Shown piece by piece: positions 30,498 through 39,468 of a stretch of 64,000 bases of DNA (positions are counted from its first letter, which is position 1; every line of letters starts with the position of its first letter). Location: IMG/VR virus record IMGVR_UViG_3300044644_001556; one strand, written 5' to 3'. Origin of the DNA: a virus. The translations under genes and the position numbers were made by a program. A model generated the notes under the pieces. The model made no database searches and was not told the origin of the DNA. It saw only the letters and a list, made by a program, of their open reading frames with translations.

Positions 30498-30505
30498 AAA
30501 AGCTC

Positions 30506-30784
30506 CTAGTTTGTGTATTCGATAATTTGATCATTCGCTCTAAATAAAACATGAATTGTTAATACTCGTTTATTGTATAATGAATTATACACTTTAATAT
30601 CACAATATTGTTTTACTAGACTATTTTTTAATTGGTTTACTTGATTATCGGTAATATCAATACCTTTATAAGTTAATCGTTTACCCAAAGAATCAACTTT
30701 TGTATTACATTTACTTTTACCGATAATAGATCTAACTATAGTATGAACGGTTGTCGTTCTAAGATCGCATTCTATTCTGCTCAT
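30506..30784 (-). CDS. small protein, paralog family B
   Basis: VHTIVRSIIG...GKRLTYKGIDITDNQVNQL. Confidence 0.55.
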   Translation of the reverse strand: MSRIECDLRTTTVHTIVRSIIGKSKCNTKVDSLGKRLTYKGIDITDNQVNQLKNSLVKQYCDIKVYNSLYNKRVLTIHVLFRANDQIIEYTN

Positions 30785-30813
30785 ATTACCTCTTTAAAAT
30801 CGATATTTAAAAA

Positions 30814-31038
30814 CTACAAATTTCGAACTGCCCTAACATCCCATGCATATCCCTGATCATTAAATGTCGAATCATGAGTATCCCAACAATATGGAAGATC
30901 GTACACTTTACGTTCTACCGGAGTCGGTAATCGCCAATCTCGTTTACCATCTATATCTAAAAAAATTACATACGTTAATGCTTCATGATAAGTTTTACAT
31001 CTAACCCTCGTAAAATCGGGCGATATTTCAATACTCAT
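30814..31038 (-). CDS. mini DUF1566/Lcl-like protein
   Basis: IEISP...TYHEAL.YV.FLDIDGKRDWRLPT...VRAVR. Confidence 0.7.
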   Translation of the reverse strand: MSIEISPDFTRVRCKTYHEALTYVIFLDIDGKRDWRLPTPVERKVYDLPYCWDTHDSTFNDQGYAWDVRAVRNL

Positions 31039-31062
31039 TTGGACGTCCGTGTCCGGTTTAAT

Positions 31063-31236
31063 CTAACGACTTTTTAAAACTAAAATACGACTGCGGATTT
31101 TATTTTTATCTCTAAGTCTGCTAGTTTTTTCAAATAATGCTTCTAATTGCGTTAAATTTAAGATCTTAATTCTCTGTTTGCCATTTTTCGTTAACGCTGG
31201 ATTAGCGCGTCTTTTCGCTTTGCTTACATTTGCCAT
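31063..31236 (-). CDS. small very basic protein (57 aa, below ORF-track cutoff)
   Basis: AAGGAG RBS; MANVSKAKRRANPALTKNGKQRIKILNLTQLEALL... Confidence 0.6.
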   Translation of the reverse strand: MANVSKAKRRANPALTKNGKQRIKILNLTQLEALFEKTSRLRDKNKIRSRILVLKSR

Positions 31237-31297
31237 ACTTACTCCTTATAATGCATATTAAAACTTTATTATATGTTAATACATTAAAAATAACTAA

Positions 31298-31585
31298 CTA
31301 TTTGTAACGCAAAACATAACAATCAATCGGAATGTTTATTGGCTTGTCTGATTTAATATTACAGAATAAATTAATACTTTTACTGTCAGCCGAGATTATC
31401 GGCTGTGATATGGTTACTTTACTCATATACGTATCTTCGTTACCTTGCTCGTCTAAACTATCGACTATTACTGTAATTTGATTGCCGGGTCGTAATTTAG
31501 TAGCTAAAACACAGCCCGGTAATTCAATGTCTGATATATGAGAAGCTGGAATGCGTGCTAATATACTCTTCATTATAAATCTCAT
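31298..31585 (-). CDS. hypothetical protein
   Basis: 95 aa ORF. Confidence 0.45.
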   Translation of the reverse strand: MRFIMKSILARIPASHISDIELPGCVLATKLRPGNQITVIVDSLDEQGNEDTYMSKVTISQPIISADSKSINLFCNIKSDKPINIPIDCYVLRYK

Positions 31586-31608
31586 TTTTGTTGATATTAG
31601 TTTATATA

Positions 31609-32910
31609 TTATTCCTTCGCCGTATAATCATCGACCAATGATTTAATAATATTAGCATAATCAACATACCACGAACGAGGTAATCCTTTTTCACCACCAA
31701 TTGCATTTACCTTGGGTTTATCTCTTGTAAATTTTTCATCCGTTATATTAGTTTGTGGGGCCCCTAAAGTAACAGTTCCATTCTCGATAATAAAAGTACA
31801 TATTGGCGACGTATATGATTCGCATTCCTCACCATCAAACAAGGTAGCTTCTATTTGTAAAAATGGAAAAGCTTCTGCTATTTGAACCCAATCATCATAA
31901 ACTTCAGAAACCTCAGGCCACTTACCGATATTATGCGAATAGTAAATATTACCGGATGGATTGCACCATCCATTCGGCCCAAAGATAAACGAACAAGATC
32001 CGTAATTATTACTTAAGTATCGCAAACTAAGAAACTTAATTTTTTCGCGTAAATAATCAGATAGATTCCAATCATCAGTAGAAATATTAGCAGTTTCTCG
32101 ATACCATTTATTAAACGATTGATCATTACCCCCAGCATAACAATACGTGTCAGTAAAAAAACTATCGGTTCTAAAAATAATATCTTTCGCTTGCTCTTGA
32201 GTTATTGATTTCCCAACCACTAATAACTGAGGCCATTTCGGTAATGATTTATCCATATATTTGTTATATGCAATATCGGCATCCGATAAAAATAATGGTC
32301 TTAATTCATCGATGCGATTATTTAATTCCGCCGATTTTAATTTACCGTAATCGGTATACCAAGTTACTTTATTAAAAAATGATTTATTAGAATCCCAAAA
32401 TTCTAATCTGGTTAAATTATTAGATAGTGATATTTCTTTATATAAACCATTCAATGCTTCAATTGCTTCTTCGTCCGGTAAAAAGACTGACATCAAATCC
32501 GCATCGCGAATTGCTTTTTCTTCGAACGTAATAGGCTCAACCGGAAAAGTTCCTTTAATAAACGCGGTGCATCTAATAATAGAAACTATTTTAGCTATAT
32601 GTCCCGGATTATAATAATCCCATTGATTGATATGTTGATTAGCCCATTTTGCATAAAATAAATTAAAACCGGTTACTGCATATAATAAATTTATATTATC
32701 GTCAACGCGGCCGCCAGAATGGTCAAAATCATGAAATAATGCGGCCCATTGCAATTCAATAGCAAATTCTTTATTTTCGTGGGCTGCTATTTTCTCACAC
32801 CATTTATAAACATTAATACAATGTTGTAAATTATGATATGGATTTGCGTTCGGTTCTTTATTGCAAGATGAATCATCAATTGTAATATCAATTTGATCGA
32901 GAAGTCTCAT
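31609..32910 (-). CDS. HD-domain phosphohydrolase fused to an unknown C-terminal domain
   Basis: PYHNLQH, ALFHDFDH, IRDADL in the N-terminal half. Confidence 0.75.
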   Translation of the reverse strand: MRLLDQIDITIDDSSCNKEPNANPYHNLQHCINVYKWCEKIAAHENKEFAIELQWAALFHDFDHSGGRVDDNINLLYAVTGFNLFYAKWANQHINQWDYYNPGHIAKIVSIIRCTAFIKGTFPVEPITFEEKAIRDADLMSVFLPDEEAIEALNGLYKEISLSNNLTRLEFWDSNKSFFNKVTWYTDYGKLKSAELNNRIDELRPLFLSDADIAYNKYMDKSLPKWPQLLVVGKSITQEQAKDIIFRTDSFFTDTYCYAGGNDQSFNKWYRETANISTDDWNLSDYLREKIKFLSLRYLSNNYGSCSFIFGPNGWCNPSGNIYYSHNIGKWPEVSEVYDDWVQIAEAFPFLQIEATLFDGEECESYTSPICTFIIENGTVTLGAPQTNITDEKFTRDKPKVNAIGGEKGLPRSWYVDYANIIKSLVDDYTAKE

Positions 32911-32972
32911 TTATTTACCTTTTTTAAATCGGTTAATCGAACAACTATTATATAATACTTTAATACAAAAAA

Positions 32973-33224
32973 TCAATCTATATCTCTTACCGCCCTTACA
33001 TATCGAACATTTAAAAAATCCGTGGTATCATAATAATCATCTAAATCCCAATAGACTGAATCTCTAGATGTTCCGTATATTCCCCATTGAGCTCGTTCTA
33101 ATCTAGTCGGTAATCTCCAATTGCGTTTATCGTCTATTATTAAAAAATCGACGTACATTACTGCCTCAGCAAAGGTATTGCATTTATGTATCGTATCCTC
33201 TGGTGCTAATTCAATTTTACTCAT
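32973..33224 (-). CDS. mini DUF1566/Lcl-like protein
   Basis: IELAP...TFAEAVMYV.FL...NWRLPT...VRAVRDI. Confidence 0.7.
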   Translation of the reverse strand: MSKIELAPEDTIHKCNTFAEAVMYVDFLIIDDKRNWRLPTRLERAQWGIYGTSRDSVYWDLDDYYDTTDFLNVRYVRAVRDID

Positions 33225-33570
33225 TATTAATGCGGATAGGCCTAACCGCTATTATATTCGAATTTTTATATAAACTACACGGCGAAGAAGCAAAAGCGGG
33301 AATAGTCATAGCCGAAGTATTAGAATATTCAAAATCAGTCCAATAATGCGATTCTCGTAATTCGTAATTACCATATTGTTTTATATCATAAAATTTACGC
33401 AATATAAATTCTAATTCTCCTCTATTCGGTAATCGCCAATCATTATAACCATCAATATTTAAAAATTGGCAATATAATATAGCCTCATACCAAGTCATTA
33501 GTTTTTCATATTGTTTTTCAGCAATAATTATATCATAGCCAACATTTAAACCACCAAAATATGATTTCAT
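33217..33570 (-). CDS. DUF1566/Lcl-like protein
   Basis: MTWYEAILYCQFLNIDGYNDWRLPN..EL...YWT...VRPIR. Confidence 0.8.
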   Translation of the reverse strand: MKSYFGGLNVGYDIIIAEKQYEKLMTWYEAILYCQFLNIDGYNDWRLPNRGELEFILRKFYDIKQYGNYELRESHYWTDFEYSNTSAMTIPAFASSPCSLYKNSNIIAVRPIRINNE

Positions 33571-34241
33571 TTTCTATGCCTAAAACTTTGTTTTAAATCA
33601 AATCCATGACCTTCGATTCGTAAATTATTTTCAATTTCGACCGGAGGTTTAATATCTGGTGAATCTTTCATTACATTACCTATAAAATATGAAATATCTT
33701 GAAATAATTTTTCAGCGGAAATATAACTAGGAATACCCAAGTCCGCTAATACCGGTACTTTATAGTAATTATAAACAATATCATGACCATGAGTCAATAC
33801 TTCACCAAAACTATACAAACCAGAATACTCAAATATTGGTGTTTGTAATTTATTTGATATTGCGATTAATTTATCGGTAAGTGATTCATTTCCGATATAC
33901 TGTTCATATGATGCAATTCTACGCCAATAAAAATGAGTCTCGAAATATTCTTTTAAATCATAATAATCATTCTGGGTAAATAATTTAAAATTAACCTTAT
34001 CCTCAGCATACAATAAGTATAATTTCGCATTGATAATTAACCATTTAAATTTTTCTTGTAATGATGAAGCTTCACGCTGGCCCGGATGGTAAATATCAGC
34101 AAGTCTCATTATATTTTGCATTTCGCGTTGTATTGTAGGATCAACGAAAAATGGTTTTCTATTATATACAATTAATGGATCTACCCCATATTGATAGGCT
34201 ATATGATCGTAATAATCTTTATAGTTACTAATAATTTTCAT
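33567..34241 (-). CDS. conserved phage hypothetical protein
   Basis: MKIISNYKDYYD N-terminus, HGFD...SFR C-terminus. Confidence 0.6.
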   Translation of the reverse strand: MKIISNYKDYYDHIAYQYGVDPLIVYNRKPFFVDPTIQREMQNIMRLADIYHPGQREASSLQEKFKWLIINAKLYLLYAEDKVNFKLFTQNDYYDLKEYFETHFYWRRIASYEQYIGNESLTDKLIAISNKLQTPIFEYSGLYSFGEVLTHGHDIVYNYYKVPVLADLGIPSYISAEKLFQDISYFIGNVMKDSPDIKPPVEIENNLRIEGHGFDLKQSFRHRK

Positions 34242-34532
34242 TTAAACTCCGTAATCTCGAACTGCTCTTACCCACCCGCCGCCAAGCTGCTGCCGTTGGC
34301 AATAAAAATATAAGGTACGATCCACGACTGAATATTGATACATTAAATCGCGTTCGTGAACTGTAGGTAGTCGCCAATTATTATTACCATTTATTGTTAA
34401 AAATTGACAATATAATTTAGCTTGGTCCCAGCCATCCATTAATTCATTATCACAATTAATTCTAATTTCCGAAGAGATATGGCATATCTCTATTGCACGT
34501 TTATTGATGTTTAAAATAGTTTTTTGCATCAT
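34242..34532 (-). CDS. mini DUF1566/Lcl-like protein
   Basis: WDQAKLYCQFL..NGNNNWRLPT...VRAVRD. Confidence 0.7.
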   Translation of the reverse strand: MMQKTILNINKRAIEICHISSEIRINCDNELMDGWDQAKLYCQFLTINGNNNWRLPTVHERDLMYQYSVVDRTLYFYCQRQQLGGGWVRAVRDYGV

Positions 34533-34936
34533 AAAGCTTGCGACTTTTTCCCTAATGTTTTTAAATCAGTTCCTTCCGTAATATACTGATACCCACCTTT
34601 CGAAAATGCAATACCAATACGTTTAGATTTAGCCATTACTGCATCGGCAGCATCTCCAGTAATTTCACCTCGAGCTACTTTTTCGACCATAGAATTACGA
34701 GACATATTAGTTTTACTATTACTAACAACCGACGGGATATGTTCATTATTAGCCCAACTAGGTCTTCCGAATGTATTAGAGATATCAGTTTGTTTTTTAG
34801 GTTTAATTAATTTAGTAGTACCCATGACCCAATTATAATATTCTTCGTAAGTCATTCGTAATTTAGGCTGAGCTTTATATTGAGCATTATATTGTTTCCA
34901 ATCAGCTTTTAATTGAGCGGCTTGATTTTTCGTCAT
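34529..34936 (-). CDS. conserved T4-like phage hypothetical protein
   Basis: C-terminal IAFSKGGYQYI motif. Confidence 0.55.
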   Translation of the reverse strand: MTKNQAAQLKADWKQYNAQYKAQPKLRMTYEEYYNWVMGTTKLIKPKKQTDISNTFGRPSWANNEHIPSVVSNSKTNMSRNSMVEKVARGEITGDAADAVMAKSKRIGIAFSKGGYQYITEGTDLKTLGKKSQAL

Positions 34937-34998
34937 AGGTTCCTCTTTATTTAATCAAGTTAATTATACAACAAAGATATTATATGATATTTTAATGA

Positions 34999-35409
34999 TT
35001 AAATCGATCGAATAGCTAACATAAAACTCGAAGTATTATCGATTACCCATGCAGTTGAATAACCAGATCGTTGTTCACTCATATCAATAGTACCGTACGT
35101 ACCTGCATTCAGTTTTAATGATTTATTTGGGATTTGATCGTATAAAAAATAAATGTTATTAATTCTATTGCACTTTGAATTAGTTCGCAAATATTGTTGT
35201 GTAAATGGGAAGCGCCTAATATAATCTAATTCTTTCCAAGTCGGCATACGCCAATCGATATACCCATTAATACGGATAAACTGACAATATATATAACCAT
35301 CAGATAACGTCATGCGAGGTATATATCCGGGCGCTACTACAAAATCACCACCCAAATATACACCCCCAGCAAACTCATCACCCAAACATAAGGATGATGC
35401 ATCAATCAT
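34999..35409 (-). CDS. DUF1566/Lcl-like protein
   Basis: GDEFAGGVY, YCQF..INGYIDWRMPT.KEL. Confidence 0.75.
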   Translation of the reverse strand: MIDASSLCLGDEFAGGVYLGGDFVVAPGYIPRMTLSDGYIYCQFIRINGYIDWRMPTWKELDYIRRFPFTQQYLRTNSKCNRINNIYFLYDQIPNKSLKLNAGTYGTIDMSEQRSGYSTAWVIDNTSSFMLAIRSI

Positions 35410-36101
35410 AATTTTGAATAATCATAAACTGTTAAATCTATTTCGCTTCGCACTTTAACACCAATAATTGATTTATTAATAAAAATTGGGCGAATTTCAA
35501 ATCGATAGATAGAACTTTTCTTAAATATAGTATCATAATCTTCACAAACCTCCATTAATGGATACCAATCATCAATAGATTCTTGTAATTTAGCCTCCGC
35601 TAAAGTTTTAACGAAAACCCATTTGCGTTTTTTTGCTAAGTATCCGTAATTCGGAACATGCATAGCAAATTTAATCGATTGTGGAATTATATCGGATTGT
35701 TGTAATTTATATACCTTACGATCAACATCCCATGCTCGAGCTTCTAATGCCTTAGCTACAATCAAATTAGCTGGGTCATTTAATGCTTGATAATCATTAT
35801 AATCAAACCCAAGTTTAGAATATGCGGCTGCTCTAATAGTAGCAGAAACATCATTTAATGCACTAGCTGGCCATTCACCCCGCATCCGATACGCAGTATA
35901 TCGAATATCGCTATCCGGGTCTTGATATGCAATTTCAGGCCATTCGGCTCTGATAAATGCTATTCTGCGAATCTCCTTATCCGGATCACTAAATGCACTG
36001 GCATTAAAACCATATTCTAAATAAAATGCACGACGATATTCTTTATCAGTATATAACTCACCGAGACATTCACGAATATCTAAATCATTTACTTGTTCCA
36101 T
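35406..36101 (-). CDS. HEAT-like repeat protein
   Basis: Repeated AxxDPD..IR..AY units. Confidence 0.55.
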   Translation of the reverse strand: MEQVNDLDIRECLGELYTDKEYRRAFYLEYGFNASAFSDPDKEIRRIAFIRAEWPEIAYQDPDSDIRYTAYRMRGEWPASALNDVSATIRAAAYSKLGFDYNDYQALNDPANLIVAKALEARAWDVDRKVYKLQQSDIIPQSIKFAMHVPNYGYLAKKRKWVFVKTLAEAKLQESIDDWYPLMEVCEDYDTIFKKSSIYRFEIRPIFINKSIIGVKVRSEIDLTVYDYSKL

Positions 36102-36157
36102 TTTAAATCCTCTTATAAATTGAATTAATAAAAACTTATTATATCATACTTTAATAC

Positions 36158-36430
36158 TTATGTCGATATATCTCGAACTAAATGTACTGGATGACTAGTT
36201 TTGGGCGTTAACATATAATCTGATTCCTGCCACCACCCCTGAAAAAAAGAATAATACATTAATGCACTATATTCATCATTACTAGGCAATCGCCAATTCA
36301 TAATACCATCATAATCATAAAAATAACTATAGATTAATGCTTCGTCGTAAGTTAAAACCTTGATCGCACTATCGATCGGTGCTAATTCAAGCTTTAATTT
36401 AGGAAGCGGTATTTTGGATTGAGTAAACAT
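36158..36430 (-). CDS. mini DUF1566/Lcl-like protein
   Basis: LELAP...LTYDEAL.Y...NWRLPS...VHLVRDI. Confidence 0.7.
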   Translation of the reverse strand: MFTQSKIPLPKLKLELAPIDSAIKVLTYDEALIYSYFYDYDGIMNWRLPSNDEYSALMYYSFFQGWWQESDYMLTPKTSHPVHLVRDIST

Positions 36431-36431
36431 A

Positions 36432-36644
36432 TTAGTTACGGTCGCGATTTGTAACTAGCGGATTTTCGTTACTCGGATCAAATATTTGTTCTAATGCTTT
36501 TTGTAGTTCATCTAATTCATCCTTAGTCCATTTATTAGCAGTCGAGGGTAAACCTAACCGACTCATCTCACACGGACAATACGGTTCATTATTTAATGGA
36601 CCTAAACAAGCACATAATAGTAAATCATTTGGTAAATCAATCAT
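36432..36644 (-). CDS. small Cys-motif protein
   Basis: CACLGP..NEPYCPCEM. Confidence 0.55.
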   Translation of the reverse strand: MIDLPNDLLLCACLGPLNNEPYCPCEMSRLGLPSTANKWTKDELDELQKALEQIFDPSNENPLVTNRDRN

Positions 36645-36646
36645 AG

Positions 36647-36946
36647 TTATTCAACCGTTTCGTAAATTCGGATTTGTAAAATTTGGTCGTATTTTTTATT
36701 GCTTCTTAGTTTAACTTTACTTTGATATGGGGCAATAATTTTAGCAATTTGATTAACCTGATCTTCGGAAATATTAACACCTCGATATTCTAATCGATGA
36801 CCATTATCTCTAGGATCTTTATATATTCGTTTAAATGAACCGATAACTGGTTCAGTTAAATCTCGAACTAACCAAACCCGATTTAGTTGAGTTAAATTTT
36901 CATTCATATTTGCATTATGAACCATAAATCCTCCGATATTAATCAT
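36647..36946 (-). CDS. small protein, paralog family B
   Basis: VRDL..PVIG...KDPRDNGHRLEYRGVNISEDQVNQI. Confidence 0.55.
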   Translation of the reverse strand: MINIGGFMVHNANMNENLTQLNRVWLVRDLTEPVIGSFKRIYKDPRDNGHRLEYRGVNISEDQVNQIAKIIAPYQSKVKLRSNKKYDQILQIRIYETVE

Positions 36947-37129
36947 TTAATTTTTTAATAATATTATCTAATAATTCTCGATGATCATCATCCGGGCTTT
37001 TTCTCAGAGCCGATCGCATCTGCTTTTTAATCGCATCCATAGTATATAAATCAAAACGATGAACGGATTCCGTACTAGTAATTATTTTCCCATTTAAATT
37101 AACCGTAACTGTAGTATTAATAGTTATAT

Positions 37130-37417
37130 TCATTTAGATTCTCTTACCGGTAATAATCGTCTTGTTCGCCACTTAAATCGCGAGTTATCATCTACCATAA
37201 CCAAGCTGCAATGTTCCGCATCCCAACAACGTTCGAGTATAATTGGATTTATTTGCGGATTCATTTTAATTATAAATGATAATTCTTTTTGAGTCGGTAA
37301 CCGCCAATCAGTATGATCATTATATCGAAAAAATTGACAATATAATAATGCATTGGAGGCGGTTAATTCTGGTTTATTTAACTGTGTCAAATTATACTCT
37401 AGCATTTTTATTACCAA
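37130..37417 (-). CDS. mini DUF1566/Lcl-like protein
   Basis: ALLYCQFF.YNDHTDWRLPTQKEL...LLPVR. Confidence 0.7.
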   Translation of the reverse strand: MVIKMLEYNLTQLNKPELTASNALLYCQFFRYNDHTDWRLPTQKELSFIIKMNPQINPIILERCWDAEHCSLVMVDDNSRFKWRTRRLLPVRESK

Positions 37418-37870
37418 CTGTTAATAAAAATAATATTATATAATACTATCATACATTTTACGAGCAAAAAAATACCCGAACTAATCCGGGTATTTCCTTT
37501 TTGTTTTAGATTAATGTCGTTACCCGATATCGATCCAAATTAAAGACAAGATTATCTACGATAACGCGAATCGGATTCATCACCGACTAACGCAGTAGCG
37601 CGCATTGATGCCCATATCATTGAATCAATTTGATTTGAATCTTTCTTTTTTTCATCAGTTACTTGACGATCTGATGATTTTTTACGACCTAAAATAAATT
37701 TTTTAAACATGGCTTTCTCTCTTTGGTTTGAGATGCAAGTACCTACTGGTATATTAGACCTTGTGAGTCTACGCACTAAAACTTATGCTAACTTGCAAAA
37801 ATAATAGAATGGTTACGGATAGCTAAACATCCATAAAATATTTATTTAATATACGTAACCATAATTTTAA

Positions 37871-38146
37871 TTAAGCCGTCCGTCTAATAACATGCCAACC
37901 AAATTGAGTTTCAACTGGTTTGCTAATTTCACCGATTTCTAAAGCGAATGCAGCATCTTCGAATGGTTTAACCATTTGACCGCGACCAAACAAACCCAAA
38001 TCACCACCATTCGCACCACTTGGGCATTTGCTACTAGTCATTGCTAACGCAGCAAAATCAGCACCTTCGTTAATTTTTTTAATTAATTGCAATACTTCAG
38101 CTTCAGACGAAACTAAAATGTGGCTTGCTTTAATATGCGTAGTCAT
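37871..38146 (-). CDS. ppiC: parvulin-type peptidyl-prolyl cis-trans isomerase
   Basis: ASHILV, S.CPSG..GGDLG.F.RGQMV.PFE.AAF.L, VETQFGWHVI. Confidence 0.95.
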   Translation of the reverse strand: MTTHIKASHILVSSEAEVLQLIKKINEGADFAALAMTSSKCPSGANGGDLGLFGRGQMVKPFEDAAFALEIGEISKPVETQFGWHVIRRTA

Positions 38147-38208
38147 TAAATTACTCCTAAGATTAAAAATTATTTGATATTTAATTATATCGTCTCATCG
38201 CAAATAAA

Positions 38209-38625
38209 TCAATGATAATTTTCATCTTCTTCATCGTAATCCCAATTTTCATCTTCTTCTTCATCGTTTTCTTCTTCATCGTTGTAGAATGCATGGGCCA
38301 TATCTAATTCATGTTTTAAAATAGATATTACTTCATCTAAATCATGAGTTGATTCTATCGAACCTACACGATCCATAAATTGAGCTATAAGTCGATTTTC
38401 GGGTATTTCTATATTCATAGTTCCGTGTTCAAGTCGACCATTCCATTTAACTGTAAATTTATTAGTATTTGGATGACGGGCGATATTTACATCATATGAA
38501 TCTTGCAATTCGTATAAATCAGACTCAAAATCTTTTACTTTAGCATTATACTCAGCTTGATGTTGATCGTAACCTTGCTGATTTAAATCCGATGGCTTAT
38601 CGTAGTAGTGATATAAATTAAGCAT
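38209..38625 (-). CDS. acidic-tailed late protein with LNLYxY N-terminal motif
   Basis: MLNLYHYYDKP; TATAAATA at 38650-38657. Confidence 0.6.
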   Translation of the reverse strand: MLNLYHYYDKPSDLNQQGYDQHQAEYNAKVKDFESDLYELQDSYDVNIARHPNTNKFTVKWNGRLEHGTMNIEIPENRLIAQFMDRVGSIESTHDLDEVISILKHELDMAHAFYNDEEENDEEEDENWDYDEEDENYH

Positions 38626-38695
38626 AACTAATTCTCTTTTTAAATTAGTTATTTATATGACGGTTTTATTAAATTTAACCAGATAAATATTTTAT

Positions 38696-38929
38696 TTGAT
38701 TAATGAGATTACTATGAAATTTTACGAAATTTGTGAGGGATATGATAAAAAACATAAATGTTTAACTCCGGGTACTATGTATCATATTAAATTTAAAGAT
38801 AATAAAATTAAAATAACGCTAGATCTTCCAAAATCAGTTGATGATATCGAAATTAAAAATTATGATGATTTAGAAGCTGACTTGCATTATGCAGTCGAGA
38901 AAGTATTAGCGAAATATTATTTTAAATGA
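38696..38929 (+). CDS. small late protein (likely start MKFYEICE)
   Basis: ATAAATAT at 38683-38690; MKxxExxE N-terminus. Confidence 0.55.
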   Translation: MINEITMKFYEICEGYDKKHKCLTPGTMYHIKFKDNKIKITLDLPKSVDDIEIKNYDDLEADLHYAVEKVLAKYYFK

Positions 38930-38938
38930 TTTACTAAT

Positions 38939-39013
38939 TGGAGATCCGTATCGGATTTGAACCAACACCTCAAGGCTTTGCAGGCCTGTGCACTACCATT
39001 ATACTAACGGATC
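38939..39013 (-). tRNA. tRNA-Cys(GCA)
   Basis: Cloverleaf, loop CTGCAAA, encoded CCA. Confidence 0.85.
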
Positions 39014-39018
39014 GAATT

Positions 39019-39093
39019 TGGCATGCCAGTAAGGATTTGAACCCTAATCTCAAGGCTTTGGAGGCCCGTATGCTACCGTTACACCACTGACAT
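39019..39093 (-). tRNA. tRNA-Trp(CCA)
   Basis: Cloverleaf, loop CTCCAAA, encoded CCA. Confidence 0.88.
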
Positions 39094-39137
39094 ATAAATT
39101 TACTATTGATTAATTTAAATTTAAAAAAGTATTTAGG

Positions 39138-39211
39138 GGCGAACGGCGGGACTTGAACCCGCAACCTCTCGAATCACAATCGAGGACGTCTACCAATTCC
39201 GCCACGTCCGC
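39138..39211 (-). tRNA. tRNA-His(GTG), no encoded CCA or G-1
   Basis: Loop TTGTGAT, C73 discriminator, T-arm GCGGGTTCAAGTCCCGC. Confidence 0.85.
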
Positions 39212-39315
39212 ACCTAAATACTCTTAAAAAATAATGCCCGACCGTACCACGGAAACCTTCTCGAGTTTCGATTTCCATACTAAACTATCTTACGATATAG
39301 TTCTGCGGTAATAGA

Positions 39316-39390
39316 TGGAGCCCCATTCCGGAATCGAACCGAAATCTAAAGATTACAAGTCAATTGTAATAACCATTATACTAATAGGGC
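39316..39390 (-). tRNA. tRNA-Thr(TGT)
   Basis: Loop CTTGTAA, encoded CCA. Confidence 0.85.
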
Positions 39391-39411
39391 GAATGATATA
39401 TTTATATAGGT

Positions 39412-39445
39412 TGCGGTATCGGTTAAAATTTAGACCGATACCGCA
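39412..39445 (-). terminator. hairpin downstream of pmoC
   Basis: 12-bp perfect stem TGCGGTATCGGT/ACCGATACCGCA. Confidence 0.65.
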
Positions 39446-39468
39446 TTTAAACTACGAGTTAATTACGA

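Noticed and set aside
30814-31236. TAG recoding suggested by the in-frame run from the 57-aa basic ORF into the 31038 gene
   Set aside because: TAG ends genes at natural termini (pmoC, GroES ends TAA, 1775 before a terminator), long genes are intact under code 11, and no suppressor tRNA is seen.
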